64,000 nt of DNA from Planctomycetota bacterium (lineage in GTDB: Bacteria > Planctomycetota > GCA-002687715 > CAIWVZ01), in NCBI GenBank assembly GCA_044222185.1, contig JBGANV010000001.1:1-64000 (forward strand), written 5' to 3'. Positions 28,948 through 42,049 of this stretch are shown piece after piece. The first letter of the stretch is position 1. The number at the start of each line of letters is the position of its first letter. The notes beneath the pieces are model-generated. The model worked only from the letters and a program-made list of their open reading frames with translations. It did no database searches and was not told where the DNA came from. The position numbers and the translations under genes were made by a program.

Positions 28948-31134
28948 ATGTTCGATCTGATGCAAAAGTGGCGCATGCCCATCCTCTGGCTCTGCGTGAT
29001 CCTGATGGGCGGATTCGGCGTTTGGTGGATCATCGCCGACCTGTTCAAGTCCAACTCCGGGCCGGACGCAAACCGCGAGATCGGCACGTTCAAGGTCCCG
29101 GGCGGGGACGTCGTCAGCCTGACTCAGGGCCAATTCCACACGGAGTTGATGGAACTGGCGACCACGTTCCGGATCGGGGACCCGGCCCAGTTCGCATCCG
29201 GCCGGCTTCGCGCCCAGGTGTCGGACGAACTCGAGATGGGTTGGGCTTACTTCATCCTGAAGTCGCTCGCCGATGCCGCCCAGATCCCGATCACGGACAA
29301 GGCGCTCGTCGAGCAGCAGAACAAGATGATGAAGCGGATGGACCCCACGTCGAAGGAATTCACCATCGACGACTATCGCCGGGTGCCCTCGCTCCAGCGT
29401 ACGTTCAGCCGCGACCTCACGGCCATCGGCCACGTTCGTGCGCTGATCGACGAAGCGCAGCCCGAAGCGACCTGGGACAAGCTCTACGAGCGCTTCAAGA
29501 CGCAGTACGAAGAGGTTCAGGGCAAGTTCGTGTTCTTCGACACCCAGAAGGCCGAGATCGCACTCGACCCGAAGGCGAAGCCGGAGGACCGGGCGACGCT
29601 CGAGAAATGGTTCGCTGAGAACGCGCCCATTCGCCAGCAGAAGATGGTCTCCGAGCAGGTGGATGCGGACGTCCTCTACGTTCGCTATCGCGATGTGAGC
29701 AACGAAGACTTCGCCAAGGACTTCGAGGCGAAATGGAAGAAGGGTGTCGACGAGTTCAAGCTCACGGTGACGGACGAGAAACTGCGCGAGCGCTTCGACA
29801 CGTTCCGCCACATGTACGAGACTCCGCTCAAGCTGGCGCTCGAGAAGCACCAGGCAGAAACGCGCAAGCAGGGCACGACGTCGCAGCCTGCGGACAACCC
29901 GACCGAGTTCGAGTTGATGAAGGAGCGGCTCCGCCAGGAGTACCTGGTCTCCCTCCTCTCCGAGAAGGTGTATGCGGCCGTGACGCGCAAGGAGAACCCC
30001 ATGGCGCTGCAGGCTGCTGCCGACCAGTACGGGTTCCGCCTCGCAACGGTCACGAAAGCCGACGCCGTGAAGATCCAGCAGCATCCGGACTTTCCGAACG
30101 TCAACGTTGCTCCGGCCATGTTCGGACAACTGCGGGAGAAGACGCTCGTCCCGCCCGCCTTCTTCAACAACGAGTCGTCCACGTTTGCGTGCAAGGGATC
30201 GATCGAGGATCCGGGCAGCAACGTGGCGATCTGGCACGTGACGGCCTACTCGCCCAGCCGCGAGCCGACGCTCGACGACCCGGGCGTGCTGGACTTCGCC
30301 GTCGACGAGTACAAGAAGAAGAAGCGCCAGGACTCGGCCAAGGACTTGGCCGACGCATTCAAGAAGGACCTCGATTCGCGCGTCTCGGACGCCGTGAAGT
30401 CGAAGGAGACCGAACTCGACGCCGCCATGAAGGCCGACGTCGAGAAGCAGATCAAGGACAAGGGCCTGTCGCGCGACAAGGCTGATGACGGCCCGAAGAT
30501 CCTCGACATCGAGAATGCGGCGAAGGCCGCTCGTGACAAGTCGCTGAACGAGGAGAAGGCGAAGCACGAGCAGCGGGTGTTCATGGAGCTCGCGACCGAG
30601 CGCAAGTTGAAGGTCTACGACACCGGCTGGATGCGGAAGTCCGGTGCCCGCAACGCCACGTTCGCCGCCAACGAGCGGTTCGGAACGGAGGAGAAGGCTG
30701 CGCAGTATTTCCGCAAGACCCAGCGAACGATGGCGCTCGGCGCCCTCGAGAAGGGCCGCGTGGGCGGCGTCGAGGCCGAGCCCGTCTGGTATGCCGCGGC
30801 CGTGCCGCTCCTCGTCGACAAGCGCGAGCCGTCGCCCGAGGATCTGTACATGCTGGGCAAGCAGCAGCTCGACACGCTGAAGAACCAGGTCGTTCCCCGT
30901 CAGGCGACGACGTCGACGTGGACCTACGAGAACTTCAAGAAGAAGGACTGGTTCGACCTGAACTCGCCGGACGTCGAAACCGCCATCAAGAAGCGCGAGG
31001 AATACAAGCGCAAGACGGAAGAGGCGACGAAGCTGAAGGACGAGCGGAAGAAGAAGGACAACAACGTCCGCGCTCAGAAGATCGTCGAAGAGGCGTTCCG
31101 CTCGCGCCCGCTGAAGTCCGGCGAGGACTGGTAG
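28948..31134 (+). CDS. Membrane-anchored periplasmic chaperone-like protein (PpiD/SurA N-terminal-like)
   Basis: MFDLMQK...N-terminal TM, long charged helical periplasmic region, AAQIPITD; strong RBS. Confidence 0.6.
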   Translation: MFDLMQKWRMPILWLCVILMGGFGVWWIIADLFKSNSGPDANREIGTFKVPGGDVVSLTQGQFHTELMELATTFRIGDPAQFASGRLRAQVSDELEMGWAYFILKSLADAAQIPITDKALVEQQNKMMKRMDPTSKEFTIDDYRRVPSLQRTFSRDLTAIGHVRALIDEAQPEATWDKLYERFKTQYEEVQGKFVFFDTQKAEIALDPKAKPEDRATLEKWFAENAPIRQQKMVSEQVDADVLYVRYRDVSNEDFAKDFEAKWKKGVDEFKLTVTDEKLRERFDTFRHMYETPLKLALEKHQAETRKQGTTSQPADNPTEFELMKERLRQEYLVSLLSEKVYAAVTRKENPMALQAAADQYGFRLATVTKADAVKIQQHPDFPNVNVAPAMFGQLREKTLVPPAFFNNESSTFACKGSIEDPGSNVAIWHVTAYSPSREPTLDDPGVLDFAVDEYKKKKRQDSAKDLADAFKKDLDSRVSDAVKSKETELDAAMKADVEKQIKDKGLSRDKADDGPKILDIENAAKAARDKSLNEEKAKHEQRVFMELATERKLKVYDTGWMRKSGARNATFAANERFGTEEKAAQYFRKTQRTMALGALEKGRVGGVEAEPVWYAAAVPLLVDKREPSPEDLYMLGKQQLDTLKNQVVPRQATTSTWTYENFKKKDWFDLNSPDVETAIKKREEYKRKTEEATKLKDERKKKDNNVRAQKIVEEAFRSRPLKSGEDW

Positions 31135-31450
31135 CCCGGAACGCCAAGCTCCTGCTTGGCTGGATCGGCAGGGCTCCAGCCCTGCCGTGAACGTCGGCCG
31201 GCGAACGACGGCGTCGAGCAATCCCGGCAGGGCTGGAGCCCTGCCAACCTGCCGCGTTGGAACGCGGCGCTCCGCCGATTGCGACGCCCATCTCGCCGGA
31301 AAAAGCCTGCCGCGCGGAACGCCAAGCTCCTGCTTGGCTGGATCGGCAGGGCTCCAGCCCTGCCGTGAACGTCGGCCAGCGAACGACGGCGTCGAGCAAT
31401 CCCGGCAGGGCTGGAGCCCTGCCAACCTGCCGCGTTGGAACGCGGCGCTC

Positions 31451-33334
<1,884 letters not shown>

Positions 33335-33632
33335 CGCCGATCGCGACGCCCATCTCGCCGGAAAAAGCCTGCCGCGCGGAACGCCAAGCTCCTGCTTGGC
33401 TGGACCGGCAGGGCTCCAGCCCTGCCGTGAATGTCGGCCGGCGAACGACGGCGTCGAGCAATCCCGGCAGGGCTGGAGCCCTGCCAACCTGCCGCGTTGG
33501 AACGCGGCGCTCCGCCGATCGCGACGGTCATCTCGCCGGAAAAAGCCTGCCGCGCGGAACGCCAAGCTCCTGCTTGGCTGGACCGGCAGGGCTCCAGCCC
33601 TGCCGTGAACGTCGGCCGCCCGCCGACCGCAC

Positions 33633-33875
33633 TCACTCCGCGCCGTCGCGCGGCGGGGACTTCGGCGGCACGAAATCGAAGCCGCCGCGGCATAGCGGTT
33701 GGCAACGCAAGATTCGCCGCACGCCGAGCGCCGTTCCGCGCAGGGCGCCGTGGATCCGCAACGCTTCGATCATGTATTGGCTGCAGGACGGGAAAAACCG
33801 GCAGCGATCGCCGACCCAGATCGACAACGTCATCTGGTATAGCCGGACGAGCCCGATGAGCAGCCGCGCGATCAT
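33633..33875 (-). CDS. yidD: Membrane protein insertion efficiency factor YidD
   Basis: [10 protein letters not shown]...HG...RILRCQP..GGFDFVP. Confidence 0.92.
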   Translation of the reverse strand: MIARLLIGLVRLYQMTLSIWVGDRCRFFPSCSQYMIEALRIHGALRGTALGVRRILRCQPLCRGGFDFVPPKSPPRDGAE

Positions 33876-34255
33876 CGCGTCCGGTCGACCTTCCGGATGC
33901 GATCGAGGAGTCCGGCGAACGACGCGTCCACCAGCGCCCACACCTGGGCCTTCGCGTTGTCACGCGCCATCACGACGAGGTCCAGGCCGACGGGCAGCGT
34001 CGCACGGCGCAGCCGGAACGCCTCGCGGATGAGTCGCCGGATGCGGTTGCGCCGCACGGCACCGATGCCCCGGACCGCGATCGCAAGGCCGAGGCGAGTC
34101 GCACCGGTTGCATTCGGCTTCCACGCGATGGCGAGAACGTCGTCTGCCACCGACCGCCGAGCTGCCCGCACGGCCTGAAATTCGCGCGGAGTGAGAATCC
34201 GCGCGGACTTGGGAAAACGCGCCGTGCCGCGTCGTGAATCGTCGCTCTCGCTCAT
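33872..34255 (-). CDS. rnpA: Ribonuclease P protein component
   Basis: FPKSARI...RLGLAI...[16 protein letters not shown]...DLVV. Confidence 0.92.
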   Translation of the reverse strand: MSESDDSRRGTARFPKSARILTPREFQAVRAARRSVADDVLAIAWKPNATGATRLGLAIAVRGIGAVRRNRIRRLIREAFRLRRATLPVGLDLVVMARDNAKAQVWALVDASFAGLLDRIRKVDRTR

Positions 34256-34374
34256 CTCGTTCGGCCTTTGCCGCCACGATCCTACGCCGTGCCGGGCCCT
34301 CCAGCAGCGGACGCCTCGCCCGCCCACCGGGCTCTTGGTAGGTTGCCCCCTCGTTTCCCACACCGAGCCATTCC

Positions 34375-35859
<1,485 letters not shown>

Positions 35860-35889
35860 TGGCCGCGCCCCGGGATGCCCGGGGCGCGA

Positions 35890-36714
35890 TCACGGACTCG
35901 TGACGAGCACGAGACCGTTCCAAACCGCGTGCGTGAGCATGGACGGGTACAGGCTGCCCGTCCGCCGCCGCAGCCATCCGAACACGAGCCCCATGACGAA
36001 GTGACTCACGAAGATCATGGGCTCCATGTGCAGCACGGAGAACGCGGCGGCCTGCACGAGCCACGCATCGCGCGGCGCCATGACCCGGTCGAGCCTCGCC
36101 AGGATCACACCGCGAAACGCCGTCTCCTCGATGATCGGCGTGACGATCGCGGTCAGCACGAAGTCCCAGGCGAACGGCCAGTCGTTCGCCGCGAAGGAAT
36201 CGACGGTCGCCGCGGGTGGCCCGGCGAGCCATTCGGCGCACCCCAGGTACGCCGTCATGAACACCCAGAAGGCACCGACGGCTGCCAGCGGCATCCACCA
36301 CGTCCGGGCCGTGAACCCCAAGCGCGCGAGCGGCTCCGAAAGCGCCTTCCGATCGGCGATCGCGAACACGGCGACGATCAACGTCATCGCCGACGTGCCG
36401 ACCACCTCGAGGACCGGCGAATCGGCGCGCATCGCGACCCCGACGAAGCCGAGAAGCCCGTTGGTCGCAAGCAGCAGGAGCCACAGGGTCACGGCGGGAC
36501 TGAGGACTCTCCGATCGTGCCCGAGCGTGCGATCGACGGCGCGGGGGGAATGCCAATCCGCACGCTGGGCGCGGCGATCGACGCGGCGCGGCAGCGGCGC
36601 GGCCGCAGGCGCGGGCGGATCAGCTGGCGCTGGCTGCGCCGGAGGGCCCACCGTCGCCGCGTCGCTCCATTCATCGTCGTCCGTGAGTTCGCCGGGCGGC
36701 GCCGCGTCCGTCAC
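35890..36714 (-). CDS. CPBP (CAAX/Abi) intramembrane glutamic endopeptidase
   Basis: PIIEETAFRG, FSVLH, HAVWN. Confidence 0.9.
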   Translation of the reverse strand: MTDAAPPGELTDDDEWSDAATVGPPAQPAPADPPAPAAAPLPRRVDRRAQRADWHSPRAVDRTLGHDRRVLSPAVTLWLLLLATNGLLGFVGVAMRADSPVLEVVGTSAMTLIVAVFAIADRKALSEPLARLGFTARTWWMPLAAVGAFWVFMTAYLGCAEWLAGPPAATVDSFAANDWPFAWDFVLTAIVTPIIEETAFRGVILARLDRVMAPRDAWLVQAAAFSVLHMEPMIFVSHFVMGLVFGWLRRRTGSLYPSMLTHAVWNGLVLVTSP

Positions 36715-37499
36715 GCCATGGCCCCCTCGGCGCTATCTGCATTCCGAGCGTCTCGGGCCTTGGCACGCAGGTACGTCTGCTCGGCGAGCGCGGCATACAC
36801 GCCACGCCCGAGACTGCCGATCGCGATGACCTTCATGATGATCCCCTGTGTCAGCGTCTTGGGATCGACGATCATGTTTCCGATCAGCACCACGAGGTAG
36901 ACGCCGAGAGCGGTGAGGATCGCCGGCATCGGTGCCTTGCGGGCCCAAAAGCACAGGCCGACCATCGCCGCCGCGAGAAGGTAGTTCGTGACGAAGATGA
37001 GGCGCGGCGCCGCGGCGACCTCTTCACGCAACGAGGCGACCGTACGCTCGCCGCGCCCATTGGGGAGGCGGATTACCTCGTCGTCCGCACGCTTCGAAAG
37101 CAGGACGAGCGCCTCGTCGGCATCCGACTTCACCATGAACCCGGAGATGGTTCCGCCGATCGTGAAGAGCACCGCGAGCAACGCGATGGTCGCTGCCGCG
37201 CGGGAGACCTTGGACCGCCGTTCCGACTGGGCCATCCGCTCCACCATTCCCACTCGTCCAGGAACGGGGCGACGGCGCGGCGGCGCGGCGACGGGTGCCG
37301 CGGCCGCCACGTCGGCGGCTGGTTTCCCATCGTCGGGTCCCGACGCGCTGGCGCCGGGATCGACGGCGGCGGGTTCTGGCTCGGGTGCCGGTTCTCCTGC
37401 CGCCTTCACCACACCACCGCAGTCGCGGCATCGGTAGATTCGATCGACGCTCGGAACGGTCCACGCCTTTCCACATCCCTGGCAAGTCGCTTGACTCAC
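36711..37499 (-). CDS. Hypothetical membrane protein with N-terminal Zn ribbon
   Basis: CQGCGK...RCRDCG, Pro/Ala linker, several TM segments. Confidence 0.7.
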   Translation of the reverse strand: MSQATCQGCGKAWTVPSVDRIYRCRDCGGVVKAAGEPAPEPEPAAVDPGASASGPDDGKPAADVAAAAPVAAPPRRRPVPGRVGMVERMAQSERRSKVSRAAATIALLAVLFTIGGTISGFMVKSDADEALVLLSKRADDEVIRLPNGRGERTVASLREEVAAAPRLIFVTNYLLAAAMVGLCFWARKAPMPAILTALGVYLVVLIGNMIVDPKTLTQGIIMKVIAIGSLGRGVYAALAEQTYLRAKARDARNADSAEGAMA

Positions 37500-37639
37500 G
37501 CCTGATCTCCCGCGAGGACCGCGCGTCAAGTGACGGTGAGGGCCTCGCAACACGCTGAATTCCCGAGAAGCCTATTCGGCCGCGCCGGAGCGCGATAGGG
37601 GGCGACGGAGAAACCGGCGGCCCCGTCGACGGCGCGGCC

Positions 37640-37924
37640 TCACGAGTCCGGCGCGAGGAAAGGCGCCAGCCCGAACGGCGCAACGACGGCCAGCACGATG
37701 AGCACGCCGGCCACGGCGATCCGCGGATTCTCACGCAGGCCGGTGCCCGAGTCGCGCATCCTCCACGCCATCGTCGCCGGCATGAGGGCGAGGAGGCCGA
37801 ACACCGGCGAGTACGGGGTGGAGATGCAGCAGGTGAACCGGGCCAGTCCGCAGCCGACGACGAGTCCGATCGCCGCGAGCACGATCGCCGCGTTCGCCAG
37901 ACGCCGCGCCGTGGGCTCGGGCAC
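37640..37924 (-). CDS. Small hypothetical membrane protein
   Basis: Three hydrophobic segments; start overlaps the upstream stop. Confidence 0.55.
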   Translation of the reverse strand: MPEPTARRLANAAIVLAAIGLVVGCGLARFTCCISTPYSPVFGLLALMPATMAWRMRDSGTGLRENPRIAVAGVLIVLAVVAPFGLAPFLAPDS

Positions 37925-39063
37925 TACTTGCCCGGGGAGGCCTTCGCGCGCTCCGTGAGCTTCGCGTCGAACTCCTTGCGAAGGCGCATCGCCGTGTGGA
38001 TGTCCTCGTCGTACTCCTCGCGCTTCTGGGAGGATCGGCGGAGGAACTCATCCAGGTGCTGGAGACCGGTCTCGTACATCTGGAGCTTGCCCTCGGCCTC
38101 ACCGAGCTTGAGGTAGAGGTCGCGGCGGTCCGGCTCGATCGTGATCGCCTCGTCCATCAGGCGCTTGGCTTCGTGATATTCGCCCCGTGCCCAGGCGAGC
38201 TGCGCAAGATCCACGAGTACGCTGACCTGCTTCGCCGAGTTCGAGTTGAGCTTCGAATCGATGAACTGCATGGCCGTTTCCTGCTGGTCACGGTCGAAGT
38301 TCTTGGCGATCTTCTCCTTCGTCGGCTCGAGTTCCTTCTCGCGCGTGGCCCGCGCCATCTGGAGGTACCGGCGGAGTTCGCGCTCGGCGAGGGCGTCCTG
38401 GCGGGTGACGATGTACAGCTCGCCCAGGTTCTTCGTGGCCTCCGGCGTGGCGTGCTGCTGAGCCGCCAGCTTCTGGAAGATGGCGATCGATGCCGCGTAG
38501 TTGCGATCACGGCGCACCGTCGATTCAGCCGCCTTTCCCAACGCCGACTGCGCCTCGGCTCCCCCGCGGCTGGCCAGCGCCGTGTAGGACGTCGCATCCA
38601 GCTGGTCGAGGTAGCCCAGATGGCGCGTGGCCAGCGCGACGCCGAGGGCGGCGCGCCACTGAGGCTCCTTGTTCGTGGGGTCGACGGCGTCGGGCTCGAT
38701 CGTGCCGTTCCACAGGTCGCGGAATTCCTTCTCGGCCGTCTGCACTTGTGCGCGCGCGGCCCCGACGTCCCGCCTCATCAGGACGGACTCGTGCGAAAGG
38801 TACAGGTCGCAGAAGGCGATGCCGAGCTTGGCCATCCAGTTCTGGGGTTCCAGCTCGAGTTGCTTCGTCCACTGGTCCTTCGCACGGTTGAAGTCGCCGC
38901 CGTCGTAGTACTGCTTGGCGTTGTAGGAGTAGTCAGCAGCCGCGAACTGCCGGGCCGGGACATCCTCCTTCGGTGGCTCGTTGTCATCCGGGTAGAGAGC
39001 ACAGCCGGGCACGAGCAGCGCCGACAGGCTGAGGCACAGCAACGCTGGGCGACGCCATTCCAT
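37924..39063 (-). CDS. TPR lipoprotein
   Basis: MEWRRPALLCLSLSALLVPGC lipobox; TPR motifs (LELEPQNWMAKLG, AITIEPDRRDLYLKLG). Confidence 0.75.
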   Translation of the reverse strand: MEWRRPALLCLSLSALLVPGCALYPDDNEPPKEDVPARQFAAADYSYNAKQYYDGGDFNRAKDQWTKQLELEPQNWMAKLGIAFCDLYLSHESVLMRRDVGAARAQVQTAEKEFRDLWNGTIEPDAVDPTNKEPQWRAALGVALATRHLGYLDQLDATSYTALASRGGAEAQSALGKAAESTVRRDRNYAASIAIFQKLAAQQHATPEATKNLGELYIVTRQDALAERELRRYLQMARATREKELEPTKEKIAKNFDRDQQETAMQFIDSKLNSNSAKQVSVLVDLAQLAWARGEYHEAKRLMDEAITIEPDRRDLYLKLGEAEGKLQMYETGLQHLDEFLRRSSQKREEYDEDIHTAMRLRKEFDAKLTERAKASPGK

Positions 39064-39206
39064 TTCGAGACTCCAGGAGAAGGACCCGTTCGTGGGCGAC
39101 CGGGATGGGCGACAGGGAATGCGGATGGTAGGGACCCTGGCGGGCCCAATCAACGAGCGCGGCGCGCCCGCGGTGGCGTCCCCCCCGCGGGGTAGCGTCC
39201 GGTGCC

Positions 39207-39707
39207 GTGCCCCCCGGGATCCTCGTTTTGCTGCTTTTCGCGGTCCTGGCGCTCCTCGCCTTGCGTCAATGGGCGCGCGTCGGTGGCCTGGGCGGCGTCA
39301 ACCTTCGTGACCTCGATGCCATGAGTGGCACTGAGTTCGAGGCCTGGGTCGCGCAGCGATTCCATGCCGCGGGATGGAACGTCACGCGACGGGGCGGACC
39401 GGGAGATTTCGGTTCGGATCTCATCGTCGTGAAAGGCCGGCAGGTCTTGTCCGTTCAGATCAAGCGAAGTTCCGCGCCCGTCGGGAACCGGGCGGTCCAG
39501 CAGGCCTCAGCTGGAGCCGAATTCTTCCAATGCCAGGGGGCCGTCGTCGTGACCCAGTCGCGCTTCACGTCAGCGGCTCGTGAACAGGCGGGCCGTAGCC
39601 TGCTGCCCGTGGTCCTGATCGACCGGAACGGACTCGCCGCAATGACCCGAATGCTCGAGACGCTCGCGATCACGGAAATCGACGAGGAAGGCGGGCTCAG
39701 GTGTTGA
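39207..39707 (+). CDS. Mrr-like restriction endonuclease with N-terminal TM
   Basis: MSGTEFE, GDFGSDL, VQIKR, VGNRAVQQ, VVVTQSRFTSAA, LIDR. Confidence 0.85.
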   Translation: MPPGILVLLLFAVLALLALRQWARVGGLGGVNLRDLDAMSGTEFEAWVAQRFHAAGWNVTRRGGPGDFGSDLIVVKGRQVLSVQIKRSSAPVGNRAVQQASAGAEFFQCQGAVVVTQSRFTSAAREQAGRSLLPVVLIDRNGLAAMTRMLETLAITEIDEEGGLRC

Positions 39708-39828
39708 CACGCTCTCTGGGTCGCGGGCAAGCTTCGCGTGCCGTTTGCCGAATTCGCAGGACGTCCCCTCGTCCTCGCAGCAGTCGTTTCGTCGGAACCA
39801 ATCCCGTTCAACATCCAGGAGTGAATGC

Positions 39829-40851
39829 GTGAAGATTCCTTCCATAGCCATGGTCTGCCTGCTGGGCTCGGCAGCCATCGGTCAGTCATCCCTCATCGGC
39901 TTCGAGCCGCAGACGACGCCGACATGCACGACGACGTCGTTTCCCACTCCCTGTGGGACGCTCGGTGACCCCGAGGGCATCTCGTATTCGGCCCAGACGA
40001 CCGGTGGATACGCCACGCGGGCCGTTGGCGCCAACGGCCTCGGATTCCCGAGCGGCGGCACTCACTTCCTGCGCGCGATCGCGTCCGGCGTGGTCGGAGT
40101 GAATCCCTCGCCAGCGGGCGGTCCGCTCCCGCGGCCGACGACGGCAGGCACGGTGGTTTGCATCCCGATCCCGTCGGGCGCAACTGGCGTGAACTTCAAC
40201 TGGGACTTCTACAACGGCGAGGGGACGACGACGACCTACAACGACGGCATCTCCATCGACGTCGTCGACGCGACGGGCTCGCTCGTGTACGGGCTCGTCT
40301 ACGCGGACGCCGCAACGAGCGTCCCCGGCGGCGGCATCGATTCGACCGGGTCGTGCCCGTCGTTCTACACGGAGACCGCGCCGTCGGGGCTGAACCCGTT
40401 CAGCGGAGTGTTCGGTGCGATCCCCTCGGGGGCGAGCATCATGATGACCGTCTGGAACGGCGGCGACGACGCCGTCGACAGCGAGGGTGTCATCGACGAC
40501 ATCCAGTTCACCGGCAACGTGTGCTCCTGGAGCCTGACGCATCCATCGGGACCGGGCTCGATCCAGATCTCGGTGTCGAACTGCGCGCCGGGTGCGGTCT
40601 ATTTCCAGCCCGTTGGGTTCACCGCGGGAGCATTTCCGAACGGATGGGCATTGGGCGTCGATCTCACGATCACGGATTTCCTCACGGAGGTTTCCGCGGG
40701 ACCTCCGTTCCTCGGATCCCTGTCTCCGTCCGGCGGCCTCAACTTCGGACCTTTCAGCGGGCTGCCCGTGGGGGTGACGATCTACGTGGGGTTCGGTCTG
40801 TTCCAGCCCAATCTGACGACTCAATTCCCTCCGCTGGCCTTCACGTTCTGA
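39829..40851 (+). CDS. Secreted hypothetical protein, paralog 1
   Basis: Signal peptide; PCGTLGDPEG, FNWDFYNGE, VWNGGDDAVDS and GAFPNGW shared with the next gene. Confidence 0.75.
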   Translation: MKIPSIAMVCLLGSAAIGQSSLIGFEPQTTPTCTTTSFPTPCGTLGDPEGISYSAQTTGGYATRAVGANGLGFPSGGTHFLRAIASGVVGVNPSPAGGPLPRPTTAGTVVCIPIPSGATGVNFNWDFYNGEGTTTTYNDGISIDVVDATGSLVYGLVYADAATSVPGGGIDSTGSCPSFYTETAPSGLNPFSGVFGAIPSGASIMMTVWNGGDDAVDSEGVIDDIQFTGNVCSWSLTHPSGPGSIQISVSNCAPGAVYFQPVGFTAGAFPNGWALGVDLTITDFLTEVSAGPPFLGSLSPSGGLNFGPFSGLPVGVTIYVGFGLFQPNLTTQFPPLAFTF

Positions 40852-40941
40852 GGTGAGCGGGTGCCGGAACGTTCGTCCGCCGGTGTCATCTCGTGGCGCA
40901 CGCGGGCGTCGTCGACGGCTGGTTCACGAGGAGATTCTGAA

Positions 40942-41967
40942 ATGAAGTTCAGTGCTGTTGCATTCATGGCCGCGTTCACCGCGGTGGTGGCACTCGGGCA
41001 GGCAACGTTCGAGTTGCAATCGCCCACCTGTACGAACGTCTTCCCCGCGCCGTGCGGGACGCTCGGCGACCCGGAAGGCGTCTCCTGGAGTGGCCCGAAC
41101 GCGGCCAATGGTGGAGCCGCCTACGTCGACAACGCCGTTCTCGCCGGGTTCCCGTCGAACGGCCTCCAGTATCTGCGCGTCGTCGCGCAAGGCCCCGTCG
41201 CGGTTCCCCAGGGCGGGCCGTTCCCGCTGCCGTTCGCGGCGCCCAACGGGACGCAGGTCTGCATTCCGGTTCCGCCGGGCACGCTGCAGATCTCGTTCGA
41301 CTGGGACTTCTATGACGCCGAGGGTTTCAATGGACCCGGGACGTCGTTCAACGATGGCGTGACGATCGACCTCGTCGACTCGGCCGGCAACCGCGTGCTG
41401 AACCTGGTGTACGCGGATGACGCGAGCGCCACCGCCGGCGCGGGGACCGATGCGGGGAACTGCAGCACGTTCTCCTCCGAGATGGCCCCGAGCGGCGTGA
41501 ACACCGTTTCCGCCAGCCTCGCGACTCCGACGCTGAGCGGGTACACGCTCAACGTCGTGGTCTGGAATGGTGGCGACGATGCGGTGGACAGCGCCGCCGT
41601 CCTGGACAACCTCGTCTTCCTCAACGTTCCCGGATGCACGTTCGCGGTGACGTCTCCGCTCGGCCCGGGCTCGCTCCTGGTCTCGACGCAGAACTGCACG
41701 CCCGGAGCGACATACCTCACCCCCGTGACTCTCGTTCCCGGGGCGTTCCCCAACGGGTGGTGCTTCGGCATCGACATCTCGGTGCTCGACCTCGTGGCTC
41801 TGGCGGCGGCCGGGCCGCCGTTCCTCGGCACCCTGGACGGAACCGGCGGGTACAGCTTCGGCCCGGTCGGCGGTTTGCCGACCGGCCTCACGTTCCAGAT
41901 CGCGCACGCGCATTTCACGCCGGGGCTGACCGCCACCTTCCCCGCGCGCAGCTACACGATCCCGTGA
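40942..41967 (+). CDS. Secreted hypothetical protein, paralog 2
   Basis: MKFSAVAFMAAFTAVVALG signal peptide, GAGGAG RBS; collinear similarity to 39829-40851. Confidence 0.8.
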   Translation: MKFSAVAFMAAFTAVVALGQATFELQSPTCTNVFPAPCGTLGDPEGVSWSGPNAANGGAAYVDNAVLAGFPSNGLQYLRVVAQGPVAVPQGGPFPLPFAAPNGTQVCIPVPPGTLQISFDWDFYDAEGFNGPGTSFNDGVTIDLVDSAGNRVLNLVYADDASATAGAGTDAGNCSTFSSEMAPSGVNTVSASLATPTLSGYTLNVVVWNGGDDAVDSAAVLDNLVFLNVPGCTFAVTSPLGPGSLLVSTQNCTPGATYLTPVTLVPGAFPNGWCFGIDISVLDLVALAAAGPPFLGTLDGTGGYSFGPVGGLPTGLTFQIAHAHFTPGLTATFPARSYTIP

Positions 41968-42049
41968 GCTGAAGGCCGGACGCGAGAGTTCTCCGTGCGC
42001 GGGCGCGCCGAGCGGTGTGCCCGCGCACTTTCGTTCACGGGCTCGTGGC

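Noticed and set aside
39207-39707. Mrr gene as part of a defence island
   Set aside because: It is a solitary TM-anchored Mrr-like gene among ordinary genes, with no methylase or other defence neighbours.
39704-39733. Sigma70 promoter at TTGACA
   Set aside because: The -35 is perfect but overlaps the Mrr stop codon, and the -10 (CAAGCT) is weak.
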